A DNA stretch of 43,454 nt from Nitrospira japonica (lineage in GTDB: Bacteria > Nitrospirota > Thermodesulfovibrionia > Thermodesulfovibrionales > SM23-35), in contig DYFC01000057.1 of assembly GCA_020725385.1 (NCBI GenBank), forward strand, positions 1 through 43,454, read 5' to 3'. The translations under genes and the position numbers were made by a program. Below, piece by piece: positions 9,594-17,648 of this stretch. Numbering within the stretch: the first letter of the stretch is position 1; every line of letters begins with the position of its first letter. Under the pieces are notes generated by a model, which did no database searches, was not told where the DNA came from, and saw nothing but the letters and a program-made list of their open reading frames with translations.

Positions 9594-10448
9594 ATGAAAA
9601 CATCTTTATTAAAAGATATTTTCTGGAAAAGATTCAAAAAAAATAAAATTGCTGTAATAGGTGCAATTATTGTGTTCTTGCTCTTTATTATTGCTCTCTT
9701 CGCTCCTTTGCTTTCACCTTACAACCAAAATGATATTGACAGGAATCATATCCTTGAGCCTCCTTCTTTCAAACATCCTTTTGGCACAGATGATCTCGGA
9801 AGAGATGTTTTCAGTAGAATGATTTATGGGGCGCGCACTTCCTTACTTGTTGGTTTTGTTGCAGTTGGAATAGCAACAATTATTGGAATTTTCTTTGGTT
9901 CGATTGCAGGCTATTATGGTGGATGGACAGATAGAATCATCATGAGATTTATTGATATAATGCTAACAATACCAACTTTTTTCCTGATTCTTGCTGTAAT
10001 TGCTTTTATCGGCCCGAGCATATGGAATATAATGATTGTTATTGGACTTACTTCATGGATGGGTGTTGCAAGACTTGTAAGGGCTGAATTCCTCTCTTTA
10101 AAAGAGCGGGAGTTTGTGCTTGCTGCAAAAGCCATGGGAGCAAGTGATAGGAGAATCATCTTTAAGCATATTTTGATAAACAGTCTTGCACCGGTTTTTG
10201 TCTCTGCTGTTCTTGGAATTGCAGGCGCTGTGCTTCTTGAATCGGGTCTCAGTTTTCTTGGACTTGGAGTTCAACCTCCAACTCCAACATGGGGAAATAT
10301 TCTTACACTTGGTAAAGACAATATTGAAATAGCGTGGTGGCTCTCTGTTTTTCCCGGGTTTGCTATCCTTTTAACAGTTCTTGGTTATAATTTACTGGGT
10401 GAAGGTATCAGAGATGCTCTTGACCCAAGACTGTGGGAAGCAGAATAG
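9594..10448 (+). CDS. Peptide ABC transporter permease (OppC/DppC-like)
   Basis: HPFGTDDLGRD, EFVLAAKAMGA, LSFLGLG, GEGIRDALDPR. Confidence 0.92.
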   Translation: MKTSLLKDIFWKRFKKNKIAVIGAIIVFLLFIIALFAPLLSPYNQNDIDRNHILEPPSFKHPFGTDDLGRDVFSRMIYGARTSLLVGFVAVGIATIIGIFFGSIAGYYGGWTDRIIMRFIDIMLTIPTFFLILAVIAFIGPSIWNIMIVIGLTSWMGVARLVRAEFLSLKEREFVLAAKAMGASDRRIIFKHILINSLAPVFVSAVLGIAGAVLLESGLSFLGLGVQPPTPTWGNILTLGKDNIEIAWWLSVFPGFAILLTVLGYNLLGEGIRDALDPRLWEAE

Positions 10449-10450
10449 GA

Positions 10451-10930
10451 TTAGAAAATATTTGTAAGACGTTCGGTTGCTTTGCGCAGGCGTAGAGAGA
10501 GAATTCTAATAAGCCCCTTTAGTAATTTTGAACCTATATCCGGAAATTGTTCGACTAAAGAATTAATTGAATCATTCTTCAATATTAAAAGATTTGTGTC
10601 CTCAACAGCTTCAACAGTTGCAGAGCGATTATGTTTATCGAATATAGAAAGTTCTCCAACCATAGAGCCTTTACCAAGTATTGCTATTATAAGTTGATTG
10701 CCCTTGAATTCTGTTTGCTTTTTAACTTCCAATTTTCCTGAAAGCACAAATCCGATAAAATCTCCGGGGTCTCCTTCTCTAAAAACAATATTTCCTGAAG
10801 GATAATTTTTTATTTCAAAAAAAGGTGCGATTGTAACAAAATCCTGCTCATCAATAAATTCAAATATCATTTCATTTTTGAGATTTTTTAACTGTTCTAC
10901 AATTTCCTTACTCATTTGTCTGTTTTCCAT
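10451..10930 (-). CDS. Stand-alone cyclic nucleotide-binding domain protein
   Basis: VFREGDPGD, GxMVGELS, RSATVEA cNMP cassette, no HTH; start uncertain (10930 or 10915). Confidence 0.85.
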   Translation of the reverse strand: MENRQMSKEIVEQLKNLKNEMIFEFIDEQDFVTIAPFFEIKNYPSGNIVFREGDPGDFIGFVLSGKLEVKKQTEFKGNQLIIAILGKGSMVGELSIFDKHNRSATVEAVEDTNLLILKNDSINSLVEQFPDIGSKLLKGLIRILSLRLRKATERLTNIF

Positions 10931-11372
10931 TTTCCTTTTTTTCAAAAATATACTTACTTACAAGTTCTTCTATTTCAATCGACGATTCTGTTTCCGTAAG
11001 CAGGCCATTCGGTTTAATAACCTCATCAGCACCCCCCGGTGAAATTTTGATATACTTATCACCTATAATACCTTTTGTTCTTATGCTTGCGATGGAATCT
11101 TCTTGAAGCTTAACTCCCGGATTTAAGAGCATCTCAACCAGAGCACGATCGTTTTCAAGAGATATTTTTGAAACTTTCCCGACTTTAACACCGGCTATTT
11201 CAACTTCAGCTCCTTCTTTAAGCCCTGTTATACTTGTAAAATAGGCTTTAACCGGATATTGCTTGGTCTCGAATATACCTATGTGTCCTAACTTAACTGA
11301 AAGATATGCAAGACATAAGAAACCTATGATAAGAAATATCCCGACACCTGTTTCAATATTTATTCTATTCAT
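10908..11372 (-). CDS. mlaD: MCE-domain lipid asymmetry protein MlaD
   Basis: N-terminal TM, GLKEGAEVEIAGVKVGKV, IRTKGIIGDKYIKISPGG. Confidence 0.92.
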   Translation of the reverse strand: MNRINIETGVGIFLIIGFLCLAYLSVKLGHIGIFETKQYPVKAYFTSITGLKEGAEVEIAGVKVGKVSKISLENDRALVEMLLNPGVKLQEDSIASIRTKGIIGDKYIKISPGGADEVIKPNGLLTETESSIEIEELVSKYIFEKKENGKQTNE

Positions 11373-11375
11373 ATT

Positions 11376-12143
11376 CTAACCCTCCACTTTTTCACTTTCA
11401 TATATTCGTCCCATTGTTTTTTCTACAAACTCCCTTATTACAGGGTTCTCCGATGTCTGAAAATCTTCCGGCGGTAATGAATCCTGTATAATACCGTTAT
11501 GCATTAGAGCAACATAATCAGCAAGCTTAAAAATCTTCGGGACATCATGGCTTACAATGAGCGCAGTATATTTTAAAGCTGTCTGTGTTCTGAAAAAGAC
11601 CCTGTACATTTCATTACTCAAGGCAACATCCAGTCCTGTTGTTGGTTCATCAAAGAAAACAATTTTTGGATTCAAAACAAGCGCTCTTGCAAGCCCCACT
11701 CTTTTGCGCATTCCACCACTTAATTGGGCAGGATACTTTTCATTGCTGTCATGAATATCCATCATTTCAAGTTTCTCATTGACAATTTTTTTGATCTCTT
11801 CTTCAGTTTTGTTTGTTCTTTCCCGTAGAGGAAGGGCAACATTATCAAAAACTGTCATTGAATCAAATAAAGCTGAATTTTGAAATAGCACACCAAAATT
11901 TGCTCTTATATCCTTTAGTTCTTTCCTGCTTATTTTGTTTATGTCTTTGCCATAAACAAGAATCTTTCCTTTATCGGGTTTCACAAGACCAAGAATATGT
12001 TTTAGTATAGAACTTTTCCCCTGACCGCTTTCTCCCACGATGACAGTTGTCCTGCCTTCGTACAAAGAAAGATTCACACCTTTAAGAACCTGTTGCTTTC
12101 CAAAGGTCTTAAACACATCTATCATCTGAATAATAGGTTCCAT
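11376..12143 (-). CDS. mlaF: Mla ABC transporter ATPase MlaF
   Basis: GESGQGKS, LFQNSALFDSMTVFDNVA, LSGGMRKRVGLARA, DEPTTGLD; operon context. Confidence 0.9.
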   Translation of the reverse strand: MEPIIQMIDVFKTFGKQQVLKGVNLSLYEGRTTVIVGESGQGKSSILKHILGLVKPDKGKILVYGKDINKISRKELKDIRANFGVLFQNSALFDSMTVFDNVALPLRERTNKTEEEIKKIVNEKLEMMDIHDSNEKYPAQLSGGMRKRVGLARALVLNPKIVFFDEPTTGLDVALSNEMYRVFFRTQTALKYTALIVSHDVPKIFKLADYVALMHNGIIQDSLPPEDFQTSENPVIREFVEKTMGRIYESEKVEG

Positions 12144-12941
12144 TTATAGCATTAACGAAGTGATAATATAATCAAAAACAAGAACAGCTACAGATGAAAG
12201 TACAACAGCGCTTGTTGTTGCCCTGCTGACTCCTTCTGCACCAAACCCTCCACGTCTTTCCATATGAACAAAATAACCTTTTGCCGAACATATCCATACA
12301 ACAAGCAATCCAAAGCAAAGAGATTTTATGAATCCCATATGAACATCGGCAAATTCAACATCTTTGTACATAGAGTAAAAATACGTACCTTCATTAAGTC
12401 CCATCATTCCAACGCCAACAACATAACCTCCGAGAATTCCTACCACATTAAAAATTGAGGTTAAAAGCGGCATGGAGAGAATCGTTGCAATAAATTTAGG
12501 AGCAACTACATATTTATGGGGATCTATTGCCATGCATTCAAGGGCATCAATCTGTTCTGAGTTCCTCATAATTCCTATTTCTGCGCAGATTGCAGAACCT
12601 GCCCTTCCTGTTACCATCAATGCTGTAAGGACAGGCCCTAATTCTCTTATGAGGCTTAATGCAACTGCAGAGCCAAGCATTCCTTCGGAGCTGAACTTGC
12701 TTAATGTGTTGTAACCCTGTAATCCGAGAACCATACCTGTAAAAGCACCTGTGAAAATAATAACAAAAATTGAAAGAGAGCCAATTGAATAGATTTGCCT
12801 GGTTATATTTGTAATTTTATAATACGGCGGTTTTAGAATATTGTAAATTACAAGCAGTAAAAATATACCCATCCTTCCTGCCTGGTTTACATAATAAAGA
12901 AAGTTATCCCCGAGCTTTTCAGCAAAATTTAATAAAAACAT
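12144..12941 (-). CDS. mlaE: Mla ABC transporter permease MlaE
   Basis: RELGPVLTALMVTGRAGSAICAEIGIMR.SEQIDALE, GAEGVSRATT. Confidence 0.93.
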   Translation of the reverse strand: MFLLNFAEKLGDNFLYYVNQAGRMGIFLLLVIYNILKPPYYKITNITRQIYSIGSLSIFVIIFTGAFTGMVLGLQGYNTLSKFSSEGMLGSAVALSLIRELGPVLTALMVTGRAGSAICAEIGIMRNSEQIDALECMAIDPHKYVVAPKFIATILSMPLLTSIFNVVGILGGYVVGVGMMGLNEGTYFYSMYKDVEFADVHMGFIKSLCFGLLVVWICSAKGYFVHMERRGGFGAEGVSRATTSAVVLSSVAVLVFDYIITSLML

Positions 12942-13103
12942 ATAGTTTATTATATACTTAAAATGTTGGCTTGTAAAATTTTTTTAAGATTATCATTTCC
13001 TAAGATCCGTAAGATATTTTGTCCCTGTAAAAAAATATTATTAAAGAAAAGATTAGAGTATAAAGCACATAAAGATTTCCAATTAATCTTTAAGAAATGA
13101 GAT

Positions 13104-13145
13104 TTGACACTTTATTGTAACTATGGTACTATGACTATAGTCATA
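13104..13145 (+). promoter_or_regulatory. Sigma70 promoter of the TA operon with an overlapping 16-bp palindromic operator
   Basis: TTGACA (13104-13109), 17-bp spacer, TGn-TACTAT (13127-13132); perfect palindrome TATGACTATAGTCATA (13130-13145). Confidence 0.8.
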
Positions 13146-13163
13146 AATAAATCGGAGCGGACT

Positions 13164-13397
13164 ATGGGTAAAATTATTTCTAAATCAAAATTTAAACCAA
13201 AATCTCTTGAATATTTCCGCCAAATAGAAGAAAGCGGAGAAGAGCTTATCATTACAGACCGTGGCCGTCCTGTAATAAAAGTAATTCCCTATTCTGTTAA
13301 ACCAATTGAAGCAATAAAATTGTTACGCAATACTATAAAGAAATATAAAAATCCCACCGAACCGGTTGGAATTGAGGACTGGGAGTCTGTAAATTGA
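13164..13397 (+). CDS. Phd/YefM-family antitoxin
   Basis: ISKSKFK...GEELIITDRGRPVIKVIP; GGAG SD before ATG 13164 (the TTG at 13104 is the -35 box). Confidence 0.88.
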   Translation: MGKIISKSKFKPKSLEYFRQIEESGEELIITDRGRPVIKVIPYSVKPIEAIKLLRNTIKKYKNPTEPVGIEDWESVN

Positions 13398-13789
13398 TTT
13401 TACTTGACACCCATGTATTGATATGGCATTTAAGCAATCCAGAAAAGTTGTCCGTTAAGGCAACTCAAGCAATAGAACGGGCTGTCAATAATAATGAAGT
13501 GTATGCCTCATCTATCAGTGCTTGGGAAATGGCGATGCTTGTTCAAAGAGGCAGGCTTGAATTGACAATGGATGTAAAAGACTGGCTTGCAATCGCAGAA
13601 TCTCTAACGTATTTGCATTTTGTTCCCGTAAACAACCGAATAGCTGTTAAATCCGTAATTCTGCCTGATTTTGTGTACCCTGATCCTGCCGATAGAATAA
13701 TTATTTCAACAGCAATGTCATTAAAGGCTTTTTTAATTACAAAAGATGACAGAATACTTTCATACAAGCATGTAAAATCAATATGGTAA
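13394..13789 (+). CDS. vapC: PIN-domain VapC-family toxin
   Basis: LLDTHVLIW, SSISAWE, DPADRII, LITKD acidic PIN residues; TTGA overlap with the antitoxin. Confidence 0.9.
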   Translation: MILLDTHVLIWHLSNPEKLSVKATQAIERAVNNNEVYASSISAWEMAMLVQRGRLELTMDVKDWLAIAESLTYLHFVPVNNRIAVKSVILPDFVYPDPADRIIISTAMSLKAFLITKDDRILSYKHVKSIW

Positions 13790-13920
13790 CATCGAGGAGC
13801 CAATAAAAATATTTAAAAGTATATCTCTGTTGTCTTATAGGACTGTTTTATAAGTATATAAGTTGAGAGTGCTTTTTGCAGTAGTTTTAATAAGTTAACC
13901 TTAATAATAAGTAATTAATC

Positions 13921-13971
13921 TTGCCAGAGAAAAATAAATTCATTTATCATGAAAATGATAACTATTTTCAT
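13921..13971 (+). promoter_or_regulatory. Putative promoter with a Fur-box-like operator
   Basis: TTGCCA-18-TATCAT (13921-13950) followed by GAAAATGATAACTATTTTC (13951-13969), 15/19 match to GATAATGATAATCATTATC; inverted repeat ATGAAAAT-N7-ATTTTCAT. Confidence 0.55.
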
Positions 13972-14058
13972 TTAGAAAGGATTTGTATAATTTAATTGCC
14001 GAGAAAAGGTGTAACAGAACCTCCGTTGTTGCATGGGAAATTTTAAGGAATTTTATGA

Positions 14059-14424
14059 ATGATCTTATCAGTTGCAAGCGGAAAAGGCGGCACAGGTAAA
14101 ACAATGCTTACAGCATCTTTTGCAGCTCTTACAAAGAATAAAGTTATGGTTGACTGTGATGTTGATGCAGCTGATCTTCATCTTTTATTAAAACCCGAGA
14201 TAAAGGAGAAACAAGAATTCAGAAGCGGACTAACTGCCAGAATAGATAAAGATATATGTCAGGAATGCAGTGAGTGTATTTCAGTATGCCGCTTTATGGG
14301 AAAGGATCAAATAAGCATGAAATATGTTTATGGACCTGTCCCTTCAAGAAGATTGCCCGAAGAACTCTGGGCAAAGCAATTTGGAGATGATCCTATATGG
14401 GGAAATTATAGCGATGACAGCTAA
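14059..14424 (+). pseudogene. Chimeric remnant: MinD-like P-loop Fe-S ATPase N-terminus, radical SAM N-terminal peptide, unknown C-terminal tail
   Basis: SGKGGTGKT, DCDVDAADLHL, CxxCxxCxxxC, then an abrupt switch to SD + MKYVYGPVPSRRL (ATG 14317), then an unrelated tail. Confidence 0.75.
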
Positions 14425-15049
14425 AATTGATACATTTAATAAATATTCTGACGAATATGATAAATGGTTTGAAGTCCATCCATGGGTGTATAAGTCAGAA
14501 CTTGAGGCAGTGAGAATATTACTACCTCAAAATGGCCTTGGTGTTGAAATAGGAGCTGGCACGGGTAGGTTTTCAATTCCTTTTGGTATTAAAGTAGGTG
14601 TTGAACCTTCAATAGCAATGGCTGAAATAGCAAGAAGAAGAGGGATGACCATATACGATGCAACAGCGGAGAACCTGCCCTTCAATGACAATGAATTTGA
14701 TTTTGCATTAATGGTCACAACAATCTGCTTTCTTGAAGATCCGTTGCAAGCGCTAAAAAATATCAGAAGAATTCTTCGGCCTTCGGGAAAGATAATTATC
14801 GGAATGCTGGATAAGGACAGCCCTATAGGTAAGTTGTATGAAGCAAAGAAAAAAGATAGCAAGTTCTTTAAAAATGCTAATTTTTATTCAGTCAAACAGG
14901 TTTTGGAATGGCTTGAGAAAACTGGATACAATGATATTCATATTATGCAGACAATTTTTCATAAGCCGGAAGAAATAATTGCGATAGAGCAAACAAAAAA
15001 TGGACACGGCGAGGGTCTTTTCGTTATAATTTCTGCTCAAAAAAAATAA
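14414..15049 (+). CDS. Class I SAM-dependent methyltransferase (Methyltransf_11-like)
   Basis: EYDKWF, GVEIGAGTGRF, GVEPS, AENLPF, LRPSG; start placed at ATG 14414. Confidence 0.88.
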   Translation: MTAKIDTFNKYSDEYDKWFEVHPWVYKSELEAVRILLPQNGLGVEIGAGTGRFSIPFGIKVGVEPSIAMAEIARRRGMTIYDATAENLPFNDNEFDFALMVTTICFLEDPLQALKNIRRILRPSGKIIIGMLDKDSPIGKLYEAKKKDSKFFKNANFYSVKQVLEWLEKTGYNDIHIMQTIFHKPEEIIAIEQTKNGHGEGLFVIISAQKK

Positions 15050-15059
15050 GCTATATACT

Positions 15060-15758
15060 TTGAATATAAAAATATTATTTGACAATAACTCCTTCATAGA
15101 GGGGCTCGAGACTTCGTGGGGATTCTCATGTTTAATAGAGGGAAAAGATAAAAACATACTTTTCGATACAGGTAGCAATCCTTTTTTACTTTTAAGAAAC
15201 ATTAAAAACCTCAAAGTAAATTTGAAAAAAATAGATATAGTTTTCCTTTCTCACATGCACTGGGATCACATAGGTGGTTTATATGCAATTATTGAAAATA
15301 ATCCCGATGTTTGTGTTTTTCTTTTAGAATCTTTCTCTAAAAAATTCAAAGAAAATATTAAGAAATTCGGCATAAAAATAATTGAAATAAAAGACTCTCT
15401 TGAAATCTGTAAAAATGTTTTTTCAACAGGGGAATTAGGGACATCTATAAAAGAACAATCATTAATTATAAAGACTGAGAAAGGTCTATTGATAATAACA
15501 GGCTGTGCCCATCCAGGAGTTTTAAAAATAATAAAGCAGGTAAAAACAATATTCAGAGATGAGATTTTTCTTTTATCCGGGGGATTTCATTTAGAAAATC
15601 AGAGTAATATCAAAAAGATTATTGCTAATATAAAGAAGTCAGGAATTCGATATATAGCTCCCTGCCACTGTACGGGTAACCTTGCAACTATATTGTTTGA
15701 AAAAGAATATGGCAGTAATTACATTAAGACAGGTGCTGGAAAAGTAATTGAGTTATGA
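15060..15758 (+). CDS. MBL-fold metallo-hydrolase (COG1237-like)
   Basis: WGFSCLI, LFDTG, SHMHWDHIGG, TGCAHPG, GGFHL, PCHCTG. Confidence 0.9.
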   Translation: MNIKILFDNNSFIEGLETSWGFSCLIEGKDKNILFDTGSNPFLLLRNIKNLKVNLKKIDIVFLSHMHWDHIGGLYAIIENNPDVCVFLLESFSKKFKENIKKFGIKIIEIKDSLEICKNVFSTGELGTSIKEQSLIIKTEKGLLIITGCAHPGVLKIIKQVKTIFRDEIFLLSGGFHLENQSNIKKIIANIKKSGIRYIAPCHCTGNLATILFEKEYGSNYIKTGAGKVIEL

Positions 15759-16231
15759 AAAAATTCAGTGCAGGGTTACTTGTTTACCGTTTTAAAAATA
15801 AAAAACTCGAAGTTCTTCTTGTTCATCCCGGAGGACCATTTTGGGCAAAGAAGGATGAAGGTTCCTGGTCTATTCCAAAAGGTGAATATATTGAAGGAGA
15901 AGACCCTTTGCTTGCAGCAAACCGCGAGTTTTTTGAAGAAACAGGGTACAAAATCAATGGTGACTTTAAAAAATTAATCCCGCTTAAGCAACCTAGTGGA
16001 AAGATTATCTCAGCATGGGCAGTTGAAAGCGACTTTGATGTTAATAATATCAAAAGCAATACTTTTACAATCGAATGGCCTCCTCATTCCGGAAAACTTG
16101 TAGAATTTCCAGAAATCGATCGCGCTGAATGGTTTACACCGGAAATTGCAATTCAGAAGATATTAAAAGGGCAAGCTGGTTTTATTGAAGAATTATGCAA
16201 TATCTTAAATTATAAACTGAAACATTCATGA
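15755..16231 (+). CDS. NUDIX-family hydrolase (COG4119-like)
   Basis: LLVHPGGPFW, WSIPKGE...AANREFFEETG Nudix box, EWPP.SG...FPEIDRAEWF. Confidence 0.9.
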   Translation: MKKFSAGLLVYRFKNKKLEVLLVHPGGPFWAKKDEGSWSIPKGEYIEGEDPLLAANREFFEETGYKINGDFKKLIPLKQPSGKIISAWAVESDFDVNNIKSNTFTIEWPPHSGKLVEFPEIDRAEWFTPEIAIQKILKGQAGFIEELCNILNYKLKHS

Positions 16232-16693
16232 AGCAGCGCATGGAGGGATTTTTACTTTTAATTTTTTTCTCAATTCCTGGGTAAGTATTGTTTTCATAAC
16301 AAAATCTGGCTGTGCGAATTCATCCTTCATTTTTATCAACAGCCATTCTTTTTGTTTACCTGTCATCCTCATAAGGACAAATCTACCTTTTAATTTTTTT
16401 CCATTAAGATAAAATTCTATTCTTCCTTCATCTATCTTTCCTTTAAGAAGTTCGTAATCCCCCCTATCCCATATCACAACAGCACCTGCTCCATAATTTC
16501 CTTCAGGTATAATACCCTCATAAGTACTATATTCAAGCGAGTGGTCGTCAACCATTATTGCGAGTCTCTTATCTTTTGGGTTCATTGAAGGTCCTTTGGG
16601 AATTGCCCATGATTTAAGAACTCCATTGATTTCAAGTCTGAAATCAAAATGCAAATGGGTTGAATGATGCTCCTGAACAACAAATATTGCCAT
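16226..16693 (-). CDS. Stand-alone LigD 3'-phosphoesterase (PE) domain protein
   Basis: FVVQEH..THLHFDFRLE, SWAIPKGPS, RLAIMVDDH...YEG.IP.G.YGAG.V.IWDRG; no ligase or polymerase domain. Confidence 0.9.
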   Translation of the reverse strand: MAIFVVQEHHSTHLHFDFRLEINGVLKSWAIPKGPSMNPKDKRLAIMVDDHSLEYSTYEGIIPEGNYGAGAVVIWDRGDYELLKGKIDEGRIEFYLNGKKLKGRFVLMRMTGKQKEWLLIKMKDEFAQPDFVMKTILTQELRKKLKVKIPPCAAS

Positions 16694-16819
16694 ATAAATA
16701 TTATAATTCACATTACTAAACAGTGCATTTTATTCACAATGAAAAAATATTAGGTTCGTCTCCAAAAATATTATTTTCGATTACAAAGTCGTGATGTAAG
16801 ATATGTGATATAATTGTGT

Positions 16820-17056
16820 ATGCGAACCAATAAGAATATAAGAATCCCTAAAGAATTGCTTTGGGATTATAAAGAGCAGCCAGACAATCTTTTATGGAAA
16901 CTTCAAAGGATAGCAGAGTTTTTTCCCGCCTACGGAAATGATGCAGAAAATATCAGAATGCTTTTTAAATACAAGGACGGACTTAAGCTTGATTATGGAA
17001 AATGCAGGCTAATTGAACTTTATTATGAGGTATTGAATGAAAAAACCTCAAAGTAA
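16820..17056 (+). CDS. Small putative antitoxin partner of an AbiEii-type nucleotidyltransferase (DUF6922-like)
   Basis: IPKELLWDY motif; overlaps a downstream NTase fragment; TGn-TATAAT (16806-16814) just before the ATG suggests a leaderless transcript. Confidence 0.6.
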   Translation: MRTNKNIRIPKELLWDYKEQPDNLLWKLQRIAEFFPAYGNDAENIRMLFKYKDGLKLDYGKCRLIELYYEVLNEKTSK

Positions 17057-17168
17057 AATTGATAACAATAAAATACTCACTCCTATTCAAAAATCATTTC
17101 TTCATAAACTTGTAAAATCAGAGATAAGAGATGCCCTCAGATTTACAGACGGCACTGCATCTCTATGA
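17037..17168 (+). pseudogene. Truncated AbiEii-like nucleotidyltransferase toxin (43-aa N-terminal fragment)
   Basis: Manual translation MKKPQSKIDNNKILTPIQKSFLHKLVKSEIRDALRFTDGTASL*; resembles the ILTPxQ...F(Y)LTGGTAL start of the family with the GGTA motif decayed. Confidence 0.65.
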
Positions 17169-17211
17169 GCGTATTTGTCCTTTGAGCTATGTAATCCTTT
17201 TCTTAATTGTC

Positions 17212-17400
17212 CTAATGTTGCTTAGTGATCTCCTTCTTACTTAAATAATTTGAACACCATTTCTCGCTAATATAAATCCCAGCAATTATTGAGGCAACCA
17301 TTGATAATATAAATAGTGACTTTATTATAAAGAAAGCAAACGCTCCGCCAAAGATTGCTCCACTAATAGCAGCATAAATTCTATCAGTCTTCCAAACCAT
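17212..17400 (-). CDS. Small 2-TM membrane protein, possible second or orphan immunity protein
   Basis: Two hydrophobic segments; starts 3 bp after the upstream gene in the Rhs operon. Confidence 0.5.
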   Translation of the reverse strand: MVWKTDRIYAAISGAIFGGAFAFFIIKSLFILSMVASIIAGIYISEKWCSNYLSKKEITKQH

Positions 17401-17403
17401 GTT

Positions 17404-17646
17404 TTAAAACTTTCCCTTTTTATGAGCATAATGATAGACCCATTGTGAGGCTATTAGGCATGATAATACTGAGATTATCTGTATCCATGTGGTTACTGTA
17501 TTAACCCACTCAGGGCCACTGTCACCATATCCAAGTACGTAGCCTTTAATCACTACCCATATAAAAGCAAAGGTAAAGCCTAATATCCACCCCAATAGTA
17601 AACCTAAAATAAGAAGTACAAATCTAATTTTAATATTTCCTAACAT
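17404..17646 (-). CDS. Small 2-TM membrane protein, putative cognate Rhs immunity protein
   Basis: Starts 2 bp after the Rhs stop; two TM helices flanking a polar loop GYGDSGPEWVN. Confidence 0.7.
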   Translation of the reverse strand: MLGNIKIRFVLLILGLLLGWILGFTFAFIWVVIKGYVLGYGDSGPEWVNTVTTWIQIISVLSCLIASQWVYHYAHKKGKF

Positions 17647-17648
17647 CG

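Noticed and set aside
6948-10448. Peptide ABC operon lacking ATPase genes as a novelty
   Set aside because: oppD/oppF are commonly encoded elsewhere; this cannot be judged from one window
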